A stretch of 64,000 nt of DNA from Psilocybe cubensis (Eukaryota): NCBI GenBank assembly GCA_017499595.2, contig CM039004.1:1426001-1490000 (forward strand), read 5' to 3'. This document shows positions 41,354 through 53,474 of the stretch, one piece after another. The position numbers and the translations under genes were made by a program. Each line of letters begins with the position of its first letter. The stretch's first letter is position 1. The notes under the pieces were generated by a model. That model saw nothing but the letters and a program-made list of their open reading frames with translations. It did not search any database and had not been told where the DNA came from.

Positions 41354-41565
41354 ATTAATCTTGCTTCGCTTTTTGTTTGGATTTAGCTTAACTAATTTGT
41401 CATGCTATTTGTTTTCTGGACGTACACATATTATAATCATACACATCTCCCATCTGTGCCACGTTTCTGTCCAACTTTATAGCTTCCATCGACGTCTCAA
41501 ACATGGCGACTCGTGTCATTCATGACATATGTGCAAAGACAGCTTCGATTGCCATGTAGAACTCT

Positions 41566-42024
41566 TCATTTGCTCGACATCACGTAACTAGTTGTATCCA
41601 ATATCTTTTTGCCGCATATCGAGCAGATCCCTTTCTTGTAGGCACAACCTAAAGACGAGTTTATTTATGATTTCCTTGAAAACAACATAAATGAGCATAC
41701 CATGACAATACTTGGCCTTATTCTGGGTGACTGGTTGCTTACAATCTTTACATTTGCCTTGATATGGCTTTTTGTCAGTGTCAGTGATGTTTACTGATTG
41801 GTTCAAAGAAGCAATTGGCTTGCCTGGAAACGATTCTTTGAAGTACCGGGACGAGATAAAAGCTTGTTTTCTCCGACTTTCCTGGTACCATCCTTGATGC
41901 TTGATGAACTAGCTGTAAATGGGTCGGGAGCGGCAACTTTAGACAGTTTCTATGGATATGATGAGACTAGGAAAGATTTAGAAAGAACAAAAAGACATAC
42001 GGTTTCACACTTCTTGCAAACCAT
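41566..42024 (-). CDS. CRIPT: CRIPT family cysteine-rich protein
   Basis: 4 exons: MVCKKCETKLSKVAAPDPF..RKVGENKLL..CKDCK..YCHGCAYKKGICSICGKKILDT. Confidence 0.93.
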
Positions 42025-42699
42025 GATATAGGGCGCCTAATGGTGGACAAATGAGAGAGCGGACCTGGAGACAGGATGGGTGGTCGCCACACTCGATCGC
42101 TTTGTCAGCAGATCGGCAATCTCTAATGAATCTTGTTACCAAAAATCACCAAAACACATACGCCTTCATTTTCAACATCCAACTTGATCTCTGCACCCCC
42201 AGACAATGAAATAAATGCCTTATTCTTCAAAATATTGCGAAGGATGCTTTTACCCTTAATCCTGGTCGTGTCTTACTGTATGGGCACAGACTAGTCAGGA
42301 AACTTTGACCCCGCCATCAGGCTCTTATTGTTGAATTTTTCGCGCTTCTCTCGCGCACCCGACGTAAGTTTTGCTCATCACTAAACTTTCTACTCCAATT
42401 CTAAACTCAATTCCGTTGACATGGCATCCTTTACAAGAATCTGGGAGACGCGATCCTCTCTCCACAAAAGAGTTTCGCCTACACAATATCAACAGCATGC
42501 CGACGCGCTTTCCAACGGTTTCCTGATCCTTCAATCGCGATGAGGATAATACAAACTATGACAATTTTGTTCCACAAAGATGTGGGCCGACTACTAGATT
42601 GCTCAGCAACGGCTTTTTCTTTTTTCTTCTTTTTTTCTTCGTTGACGAGAGGAACAGTATAAAATGTTCAAAGATGAGGGGTGAATCCACCAGTTCAGG

Positions 42700-44397
42700 A
42701 TGCCCCACCGAGTTACACATCGCAGACGCTACAGGATCTCTAACGATATCTTGATGGTCATATTAGACAAGTTAAATCCTGTCACATTATACAGGACTTG
42801 CCAGGTATGCTACAACTTTGTTTAGCCGAAACCACAAATACTTAATCGCAATTTAGGCATTTGACCGAGTATATGCCCTTGTCAAGGAGTATAAACATCT
42901 TTATTACAAGTTTCTCCTTGCCACCGTCGGCATGAAAGATGGAGCAGCATCCTATATAGGGCGTTCCCCTGTTATAAGACTTCAGGTCTTACAGAGCTAT
43001 CAATCAGATTGGCCGAGGCTTATCTGGACAGACGAGCAAAAACTTCGTGTTCCCATTACTGCCACTCAAGTCGATGTGTCTGATGGGTTTTTGTACTACA
43101 TCGGGATCCAATCATTGGACTTGGTGGAACTTCCCTCTTGCCGTACCAATCGTCCTCCGTCTCAGACACGTCACTTGAGATACAACACCAATCAATCGGA
43201 CAGCGTGGCGATCGATACTTTACAATCACTCATTGTAACAGGCCAAGCTTACAGGTTTGCGATTATCTCATCTTAAATTATATATAATATAACAGAATTG
43301 TCTTCGTAGTGGCCCAGGTGGACAAATTAGTCTCCGTTTAAAAATTCGCAACCTCTGGAATTTCGACAAGCACCCCAAAGCTCAATCTGCTCATTACGAT
43401 TGCTCCACGCATATCGCCCAGCCAACTTCGAATTTAGCTATTGTCATATCCGGAAACCGTGTTATCGTCAGTCTTGAATTCATTAACGGATTAACGAAGC
43501 ATTTACTTCTGGACTGGTCTACATTGCAAGCTATGGTTAGTTGATTTTCATCTTTAAAGATGCAACATTTATTAACACCGGTTTTAGTGGCTTGAAGAGC
43601 AGGACGTGGTTTTCCTTGGCTCTTACTTTTTACTTGGGGTCAGAAAAATCCACAACAAGGTGTCCCTTTACCTCTACAACATATTTGACATGCGAAACGT
43701 GACTGTCGAACGCGAGTATGAATTACCACCAATTTGGGCCAAATGTAGTTTGCGTTTCGGGCGTAACTCTTCTCCTAGCACCGACACCTACGCTCCACCC
43801 AATGCTCTGTTTTACTCAGACCCCTCTGCGCGTGTCTTACTTTTGACAGCCAAGAAAACAGGATCCACTGGTAATGGCATGCACTGGCTGTTTATCAACG
43901 AATCCTTCTTCAGGCCGACCAGTCATGCCGACAGACGCTCAGTTCCATGGAGTTACTGGAGTCAATTTTGCCTTATCAAGGACTTCTTGACATTTTCCTC
44001 TATCGGTATCCCTCAGATTGTTGGAAGCCGTGTCATCTACCTTGAAAAAGACGTCTCCCACTCTACCCGCGGGCACGCACGATCTCGTTTGCATACCGTC
44101 GATTTTTCCCCCCACGCTGACATACTTACACCGCCCACTATGACCTGGACTTTCATCGGCAGAATGTCTCAACTTAGGCCAATTGAAACCCATCGCGAAT
44201 TTCCAACTTCTACCACTAATGGACTGGCAGTTGACCAAATCCATGCCACAGAAGACAATATCGTTGTGCTACTGGTACGGTTATCTTCCCTTGTTTCTAC
44301 ATTATTTATAATTTCTATGTAGGAAAATCACGGCGATTTGAAACCAGTCAATGTTTTGACATTTGGAGTTCCTACTCCCCGTACCCTTCGCCACTGA
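42700..44397 (+). CDS. Agaric F-box domain protein
   Basis: ISNDILMVILDKLNPVTLYRTCQAF (F-box-like), YKFLLATVGMKDG, AIDTLQSLIV, HPKA, VPWSYW; 4 introns. Confidence 0.8.
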
Positions 44398-44703
44398 ACC
44401 ACTGAACCACCGGGATCCTTCCCTCTAGACAGGGAAATTTCGGAATAAAAGGAAGTTCAATTTATTTCTAATTCTTATAACAGGCCAAATATACATCGAA
44501 GGACCCCTTTGTATTATTAACAATGCTCTCAACAGACTTTGGATTTTGATATCAACTACTACTCAGATACGATCCCGCGTATTGAATTGTCATGTATTCC
44601 TCTGTTACCGAATATTCTTTTTATATAGCAAACCAAACCAGACTGCGGTAGATACACCTCTTCACGCAATTGCGACGATAAAAATGAACCCCGTAAACAC
44701 TGT

Positions 44704-45564
44704 CTAGCTAGTACTACTTCTGTATAACTCCACCTCCGATTCGCTCCATTTCAATTGTATCCATATTACCCATCGTCTTCTTTCCTTGTCATCCTCAGCT
44801 TCTCGAAAAACCTGCCAATTGCGTTTGGAAGATCCTAGCCTTTCCCTTTCCTCTATACTTTGTACCTCGAAACCATTCTCCAATACTTTCCGCAAAAAGG
44901 AATCAATGGTATATCTTCCTGTGTGTAATCCAACCACCAGATGTGCCCTCGATGTTGTTGTTCTCTTCAAGGTCGATTTCAAGGCGTGGGTAAAAATGGT
45001 GTGCAGTTCAGGATTCCAGAGGGTATCCGCTGCCATGATCACATCAAATTTCCTGTTTTCATGTAAAATTGGAGATGGATCTGTTCCCCATCCAAACGGG
45101 AGCACTTTGCATCGATCTGACGCGTTATTCGATTCGACGTTTTCAGCCAAAGTTTGAATCAAAAGTTTGTCGGGATAATCAGTCGAAGTGACCCTAACGT
45201 CGAAATATAACTTGGCTATCAAGATGCTTGGGAGCCCCGCAGACGCCCCGAGTTCCAAAACGCGTACAGGATCTTCGCGTGAAGACAAATGTATATGACT
45301 TTCTAGATCAAGGTCGTATATATGATCAGAAAGGTATACTGAGGAAGCCCAGATGGACGACGCATGTAGATCCCAATTGGCAGCGTCTGTATCGGGAGTT
45401 TTTAAAGAGATTGTGATGGGTTGGTGTACGTCTCCTGAGGACTTATTCGAGATTGAAGGAAGTTTAAACGTATAGCTAAACGGTGCACCTGTTGTTGTCA
45501 ATGTGATAGGTTGGTAGTCGTACAGTGTTTGTAGAGAATCCGACAGAAAATCTTCTGCATCCAT
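44704..45564 (-). CDS. EFM7: Methyltransf_16 family protein methyltransferase (Efm7/Nnt1-like), intronless
   Basis: SSIWASSVYL, VLELGASAGLPSI (motif I), TDYPD, FGWG, DVIMAADTLW (DxxW). Confidence 0.85.
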   Translation of the reverse strand: MDAEDFLSDSLQTLYDYQPITLTTTGAPFSYTFKLPSISNKSSGDVHQPITISLKTPDTDAANWDLHASSIWASSVYLSDHIYDLDLESHIHLSSREDPVRVLELGASAGLPSILIAKLYFDVRVTSTDYPDKLLIQTLAENVESNNASDRCKVLPFGWGTDPSPILHENRKFDVIMAADTLWNPELHTIFTHALKSTLKRTTTSRAHLVVGLHTGRYTIDSFLRKVLENGFEVQSIEERERLGSSKRNWQVFREAEDDKERRRWVIWIQLKWSESEVELYRSSTS

Positions 45565-46003
45565 GACAAGATTAGAGTAGCTGTTGTGCTCTGCTGCGGC
45601 GAAGGATGAGCGATTACTTTCTGAAAAGGGATATTCAGGTGCAGAATAAACAGAAATAGAAGTACGTAGAAGCGCAGCCTTTTAACAGCAGTCGGAAGGG
45701 AACTTGCGACCACATTGTGATAGAAGGTGGATCAAGGTGCTAATTGGTGGATAAGATAAGGCTGTTAACGTTCGGTTGCTTTTCGGTAGATATATTTGGC
45801 GTTTTTTAAATTCCCTCACAAGTGTGCGTCAAACTTCGGAATCATGCGGGAATGATTGTTTTATGTTGTGGGTCCTGATAAGTCTGCCGTTCCATTCTAT
45901 AATACAACAGTGTATCCACTTACTAAAACTTGAAGTTGACAACCAGGGACGTTGAAGTATAGTAGTACATTTGTTTTTGTAGAACCTAAGAATAAAACAA
46001 ATA

Positions 46004-47254
46004 TCATGGCCTGAAAACATTCAATCTACCATCCCATCCACATGTTGCCAAAATTCCCTCATCGTACAGCGACCACGAGCATCCTACCACAAATTCGGTG
46101 TGAGGGTCGTGTATGTGAAGTAGCTGTGGTCTTCCTGGAGTTGGCGTTGTGGTCCAACTGTTCAAGGTAATTCAGCCAAATAACCATGAATAAATAAATG
46201 ACACCTACACTCGAGAAGTCATGTCATAGCTAGCTGTTGCAAGCACATCTGGACGGTGGGGACTCCATTGAACTTTACGAACGGCATATTCGTGTCCAAG
46301 TAATTGTGTCTCGCAAATTCCCCCAACCTGACCAACCTCTCCGGTATTGATCATTCGGCAATCCCAAATTTTGACACTCTTATCGACACCAGCACTTGCT
46401 AGAACCATTGAGCGATATTTGTTCCAGTCGATCGTTAAAACCTCTGTCCCCGATGCAGGAATAGTTAACACTGCGGCAGATACGGGGCTTGTAAATGTAT
46501 TCGCATTTGGGCCCGTGTTAACGTAAGAAGGCGCACGAAGATCAAAAATCTTAACGGTGCCATCAGTTGAGCAAGTAGACAAAAGGTCTGGTTGGTGGGG
46601 TGAAAACAAAGCTTGGTAAACGCATGCTTGATGAGCTTTAAGTGTTGCAATAGATCTAGCTCGGTCGGGAGTCCACTATTCAAAAAGAATTGTTCAACGA
46701 TAGCACAACAGATCAGGATGTGACATACCAATTTTACGGTTCCCTCCCATGATGCCGACGCAAACGTATCCTTTTTGAGGTTAGACCAATCCACAGAGAA
46801 TACTTCACGAGTATGCTCTTGCCACGCACGGATAGGGAGATCCTGAACGATGTCAAACAAAATCGCGCGTGTATTAACAAGACACCAACATTGAGCATAA
46901 CATCCCACAATCTTATAGAACCGTCTCCTGAACCGGTCACCAATTGGTTTTCGTGTATTTCAGACCAAGCTACATCATATAGTCCATCTTGAGTCTCGTA
47001 TCTGACGCCTTAGACGTTCAGTCAGAGAAATGCGAGATAAACAGCTTAACAGCGCACTGTTTATCAAGATTGAGACTCGAAGGTCCGCCAGGGTTTGGTT
47101 TAGCAGAGACGAGATGCAATCGACCGTTTCCGACAAGTCCAAAATTAGCAGACGATGCGAGTGCGAGTCTAGTAGGGTGAAATGGCGACCAAGCGACTGA
47201 ATAGTGGGCAAAACCTGGGGTGTGCAGAATACCAGGTTGGTGAGGACCGTTCAT
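46004..47254 (-). CDS. PEX7: Peroxisomal targeting signal 2 receptor (WD40)
   Basis: TPGFAHYSVAWSPF..LALASSANFGLVGNGRL, ETQDGLYDVAWSEIHENQ, HEYAVRKVQWSPH, HTEFVVGCSWS. Confidence 0.95.
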
Positions 47255-47343
47255 TGTGAATCGTGATGACGGTAGCCAAAAAGCCGAGCACGGACTAAAA
47301 AGGGGGTAATTGCCGACCCTCTGTACTCTACACTCATAGTCAC

Positions 47344-49024
47344 ATGCGAGTATCCGTCCCCGGCATCCCACAAGCTATCCTCGATGCAAAACCTATCTAC
47401 TCTGTAAAATCCATCAAAGAGGCTACTGAAAGACTGTCAGAATTTCTAGGCATTGGGAATGTTACTGTTTTGACTGGCGCTGGGGTCAGTGTTGACTCCG
47501 GCATTCGGGCGTACCGCGGCGACGATGGTCGGTACATGAACCCCAATTACAAGTGAGCTGGGATATATTTTCACCAGACCATACTTGCTTGGGTTGACTG
47601 AGTGTTCTCGAAGGCCAATATTTTGGCATGAACTGGTAGACCCTTCCGAAAAGGGACATGCATTCAGGTGATCCTCAGGCTCCTTTCTTCAAGAGCGCTT
47701 CATTCGTCTTATCGTTTCATATACAACGTGCCGTAGACAAAGATATTGGTAAAAACACATATCCTCCCTCCCCGCTGCACTTTGATGAATACTCCGTAGG
47801 CTTCGGTCTTATTTAGGATACCCCCCAGTTCGCGACGCGCAACCCAATACTACCCACTTTGCCCTTGCCGCTTTGCAGCACACATCTCACGTCTCACGTC
47901 TCATCACACAGGTAAGGCATATATATTGATTTAATTCGTTTATTCTCCTCTTTCTTATAGTATGCTCGTTTAAATTAGAACGTGGACGGCCTTCACCATA
48001 AAGCTCTCCGTAAAGCGGCCACAACTCATTGGGATTCTATGCGGATACAGGAAAATATTTTAGAGCTCCATGGAACACTACATGTAAAACAAAGCTACTT
48101 TCCGATGCGCTACAATCTGCTCACGATGATTGTAAGCATGTGCATTGTAACCGTGGTCATGTCGTAGATCGCAACACATTTCAAGACAGGCTTTCAGCAG
48201 CAAATCCCAGGTGGTATGAATATGCAGAAGAATTAGAGCGCACGGGGATGCAACCGAGAACAAATCCAGACGGCGACGTGAGTAAAAGAAATTGTTCTTG
48301 GACCTTTAAATGTGTTAATGATATCAGGTTGCTGTAGAACAACTCGGCATCTCGTACAGTGATTTCATAGTACCCAATTGTCCGGACTGTCTCTTTGAAG
48401 GCCATCAAAATTCGGTGGTAAGCCTCTTCATTCACCAATTTTACACTGGAAACATAGAATGATATCACGAATAGTTGAAACCGGAAGTGATCTTCTTTGG
48501 AGAATCCATTCCGAAAGCGGTTAAAGACCGGTCGTATGTTGGCCTCCAGATTATGCGGAAGCAGCGAACTGATGAGGTCTTAGATATCATGACATTGAAA
48601 CTTGTGATAAATTGCTCCTCATGGGTACTACTTTAGCGACATACTCCGCTTTCAGGTTTGTGGATGTCATACAATCATTTTTTCAGAGCTTTGACATAAA
48701 TTCTCTTCCTAGGTTGCTGAAACATGCACTTGAGCTGAACAAACGTGTTATGCTTCTGAACATGGGACCCTCTCGCGCTGATGGTCTTCCAGGTATAGTA
48801 AAGTTGGATATACCAAGTGGTGCCGTCATGAGAGACGTCGCTAGAAACGTTATGTCAGTTTCATAATTTTGCCTGCCTGCCTACCAAGAGTCGGCTCTTA
48901 TCAATCTAATTACAGCGGGAGTCGGGCAACTGAAGATCCGATTGTCTCTGAGATGTTGCAGAGTGGTGTTGTAAACCCACCATCAACGAATGATGATGAT
49001 CGTTCTCCGAGAGCGGCTGGTTAA
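47344..49024 (+). CDS. NAD-dependent sirtuin, class II (SIRT4-like)
   Basis: TGAGVSVDSGIRAYRG, RQRYWLRSYLGY, AQPNTTH, ITQNVDGLH, ELHG, NPDGDV, KPEVIFFGESIP, GTTLATYSAFR, LNMGPSRAD. Confidence 0.9.
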
Positions 49025-49239
49025 ATGGTTTACACTTTGGTATAACAGATAGCTTTGCGATGATGGATAGTAATATATTTACACTGTAGTACAAGGGATC
49101 GTATATTGTGTCGTTAATAGCCTTTCAAGTAGGCATGTTGATACAAAATGAGTGCTGAATAATGAGAACGATAACAAATTGTAAAGAGGAAGAGATGCTA
49201 AAATTGCGGAAAGATATCTGTAGATTATGGTTGGGCAAC

Positions 49240-50071
49240 TTAATGAGATCGAGAAAGCATGGAAAGGGCGTGGGCGGCCTCCTGATCTCTAAGATCCGCA
49301 ACAACGCGGCCAAGTCCACTAGGGCGTGGCGAATACTGCAACATTCCATAGCTCTGGTTTTCACTATCGCTGTCGCTGTATTGGTCTTCGTTGACGTCGA
49401 TGTCGACGGGGTGACCATGTAGAGGAGGAACAAACTGAGGTAGCTTAAGCTGCGCCCAACTCCATTTCTGCCATTGACACAATGTGACTGCCTCGGTTTG
49501 CGGGGTGCATCCCGGATGATAGCGGTAGATATATTCCTCCAGGACATTCTCAGAGGGCATCACGTAAATGGTGGGCGGGGGAGAAAGCGGCGGTAGCTTT
49601 GGTGTGTATGAGGTCTCCGTTGCGGGTGAACCTCTGGAATCTTCGCTGTCGGATAACTCCACTAGGGGCGGCGTTTGCACCCTTCGGAGTTCAGGTTCTG
49701 CTTCATGGTCTTTGAGAGATGCCTTGATGGACGAGGCCGTCTTCAACGGACTAGAGCCAATTCTCCGCTGGGGTGAGGTTAGATCAATGCATAAGCTAGG
49801 CGCTTGATATGAACGACCACAAGCTCACTGAAGGGGATCCGATCTGCTTCTGCTTCTTCTTCTTCATCCTCAAGCACCTCGAGCGGTGATTAAACCAGTG
49901 GTGAGTGTCGTAGGCACTCTTCGAAGAAAGTTTAATCTGTTTTGTGCATAATGTGCACTCCACCAAAGAAGGGCTCAACAGGGTGACGAGTGGGTCGTCC
50001 AAAAGCCTTTTTCTTCTAGCCTGTTCCCCCGGGCTTGGAACCGGATTCGTAGATAGAGTCCTGGAAGACAT
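49240..50071 (-). CDS. Hypothetical nuclear protein with one C2HC zinc-finger-like domain
   Basis: RRKRLLDDP..VECTLCTKQIKLSSKSAYDTHHWFNHRSRC followed by MKKKKQK. One intron joins ORFs 49796..50092 and 49240..49746 in frame. Start codon uncertain. Confidence 0.75.
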
Positions 50072-50894
50072 TCGCGTGTTCTTTATAGTCAAGGGGTTCG
50101 GTAAGTGCTAACGATCTGGTGGTAATGAGAAGGAAAATTCAATCCAAGGTGTAGATTCAAAAGGTGGGGAAAGAAGGCATGTCAGAACGAGTCATATATG
50201 GAGACCGCGCAGCGAGCACACACACAAATACACGCGTACACACACAGCTGCGGGAGAAAGAGGGGAAGGTTCTGACACGTTCCCTAGAAGAATGACTCGT
50301 AAGCAGCACATAGATGGAGAGAAGGGAAATAATGAACAAGGAAAAATATACAAGATAGCTCTAGGCTTTTGATGTTTGAAAGTGGCTGGAAGACGAGAAA
50401 AGGGTTCTCCGCACAGTGGTTATGTTATTGAATGGCAATATATATATAAGGGAGTGATTTGTGAACAGATTGGCAACGAGTTCTCAAGGACAACAGCGCT
50501 GAAAGTAGGAGACTCCGCCGTGATGATTATGTTTGTATCTGCGTTGTCGAAGCCCTAGAAAGCCAAATGAAAATGGAGTAAACGGCAACATCCGCATATG
50601 TCCACTGATTCAGGCGCCTCGAAGCGGTGACCGTAAAATACCACAATGACTTCGGCGGGCGTAAACCTGTGTCTGTAGGTTTTTATCAGCAATGACGTTA
50701 TTCAACCCGCCAGCATAGGAGAGGGATCTGTTAGGTTACTTCAGAATATATGCACAAAACAGTTGCAAGTCCCGATGCAAGCCAAAATCATATATATCAA
50801 TTGAAGTGACAAAGGAAAGAAGAAGATAAGAAATAGAAGGGTGTTGTTACAAAATGTCATGTGAGGGAAAATGTCCCGGGAGTTCGACATTGAT

Positions 50895-53018
50895 TTAAGA
50901 TTTGTCCTTCAAACTCTCCTTGAAGCCGCGGACAAAGGAATGAAATGGAAGCATAAACCAGCCCAGGATAGAGCTGGGAGGTTCAATGTCGGGAGGGATG
51001 TATGCAGATGTCCTTGGGCGTGCCGAGGCCCGTGTTTCTTCGTCTAAGGCAACCTCAGAATCCTGACGGGGACGCTTGATACCCGAGGCCGAGCCTAAAG
51101 CAGCGTCTACGGCCAAACTGCCGTCCGTAGATGTTGAAGAATGAGGGGGCCTTGAGAAACGAGAGGGAAATGCGATAGAATTGATGTTATCGCTCCTAGA
51201 AACAGGCACGGATCTATCGGGAATAAAAAATGTAAGCATGTTTAAAATGTTGAAAGTTGAAGAGATTGAACATGATTCTTACTTGGTACACTTTTCCTTA
51301 TGTTCATCCCAGCATGTAAGATTGAAGTCTCCTTCTCCTTCGAGGGGAACAGTGCCACCACAGAAAGCACAATCAATCTTGTGAGGGGTAAACGATTTGA
51401 CCTGCTTGTCGTTCACAATGAGTAATTTTCGCTTTGCTGCAGCGACCCGGTTACTCGGGCTATCATTATATTAAAGAATGAAAGCTAGTGAGAAAGGAAA
51501 ACGACATACATAGCGTCAGAGCACCTAATCTTATGCTTCACCCAATTGCCAGTGGCGTACGGCTGTGTTGGAGAAAGGTCGATCCATTTATGGCATTTAT
51601 TACAACATGCTCGGTGCTTCTCGAGTTCACTAATCTGCTTATCTGCTTCAAGGTATTCTTTCCTGTCAGCCTCGCTGGGACGACGAGCAGCCATCGGGTC
51701 GAAGGCAGGGGACAGTATGGTGGTCGCAACAGCCTCTTCAACATCGGGGGACGCATCCGCACGTTCAGGGGTCGTCCTGCGCTCCGTTACATAAATTGGT
51801 GAAGGGAGGAAAGATCGGAAAGAGTGCTTACGGAATAGCTTCAGCTGCCTTTTTATCACAGCGTGCTCTATGGATCTCCCAAGGCCGGACAGCGTAAGTT
51901 TGTTTGCGACCAAGGTTTACAACCTTGTTGCATATTATACATTCTGCGGAGTGCGGTTCTAACTTTCCGCACTCGGCTTGGTTCTTAAAATATTCAATAC
52001 GTTCGCTTTCGTTGCGTCGCGTCTTAGTAGTGCTGACGGTAGAATCAGCGATGGAGATTGAGTCATCGAAGTCATCTTCTGCTGCCATAGCTTTCCTGCC
52101 AAATAATTAAATTTAGAAGAAAAAAGTATGAGCAGCACATACCCTTTCGACTTTGGCTTCCTAATAGACTCGGGTTTCTTGAAAACACCAAGTTCGTCGG
52201 ATGGTTGGTTGGTTTCATTAGGTGAGCTGGCAGCAGGTGTTCCTGAGCACGATCCCGGGGCTGTCTTGGCCTTGGGTTGTTTGACAGATCGTACAGATTC
52301 GTTTGAATCGCGTCTGGCGCGCGATGGTTTCTTTGCGGATACCGAAGCTTTATGGTCTTTCTCGGAGTGTTCCATAACATTGTCGATTGGAGACTCTACA
52401 GCGGCCATGGACGATTTCTTGACCTTAGGTGGCTTGATAGACTCCTCAGAGTCGCGTCGAGCTCGTTTGGGGGAGGGCCCGGGAAGACTAATGACGCGTG
52501 AAAATGGAGCACAGCAGAGCAGAAGGAGTGAAGCATCATACCTGACATCGACTTTCTTTGGACCCTTACTTGCAGAAACAGGAGTCTGCTAAAGTACGTC
52601 GTATTCGGGAATTTCATTAACGACATGGATTACACACCTTTTTGACTTTGGCATCAGGGCTACTCGGCGTCTTCATGGGAGAAGGCGTACGTTTGGGGGA
52701 GAGGATTGTCTCGGAGTCACTGTCAGATCTGATAATATATGTCGGTGGTTACGGAATTTGCAATTGCAAGCGGAGGAAATGAACAAACTCGTTAGTAGAG
52801 AGTGTGCGCTTGCGCTGTCACGTATGCATGTAAGGATCAGAAGAACAAGCAATAAAGAAGATCAACAAACCTTCTTCCTTTCCAAATAAGTGACTCTGTG
52901 CTTGATCTGTGGCACGCTGTAGAGGACAATGAACAATGTGATGCAATAAGCAAACATATCCCACAATGGGAATTTCGATTTATATGTACCGTTCTGGCGA
53001 AGATAATTGGCTTTCCAT
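50895..53018 (-). CDS. Hypothetical protein with three C2HC zinc-finger-like repeats and a C-terminal amphipathic helix
   Basis: Manually spliced from MESQLSSPER (ATG 53016-53018) through a K/S-rich N-terminus to three CX2CX19HX3C repeats; ends ILGWFMLPFHSFVRGFKESLKDKS. Confidence 0.8.
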
Positions 53019-53221
53019 AATAATCAAGAAGAAACTTGAAGAAATAAAAAGGAATGTGGTTTACAGTATTCAAAGGAAATGAATGGAAAGTCAGTAGCAG
53101 ACCGTCGTAGGTTTGAGCTGAGGGATGGAGGGAGACCTTGTCTCTCAGGATTATGTCGCCAAGGCCCAACAACAACAATACACAATAAACATTATAACTC
53201 CGATAGCACTGATGTCTAACA

Positions 53222-53265
53222 ACGCGTCAATTGACGCGTCAGGGTCGCGTGTCATTATAGCGCGT
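53222..53265. promoter_or_regulatory. MCB (ACGCGT) cluster including an 18-bp perfect palindrome, upstream of the three-finger gene
   Basis: ACGCGTCAATTGACGCGT at 53222-53239, TCGCGT at 53245-53250, GCGCGT at 53260-53265. Confidence 0.55.
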
Positions 53266-53474
53266 ACATCTAATAGGCTATTATTAGCAAGCCGGCGCAA
53301 ATTACGAATGTACGTTTAACATGCAATCAGCACGAGATATATGGTAAGATAGTCATGATGCTGATAGCTAAATAGTACATTGGATCGTAATGAATCATAT
53401 GGTCATAAAGTCGCTCGTCAGTTTCGTAGTTGGTCGTTATACAGAAGGCTAATATAGCCTCTGGTGGAAAAGGT

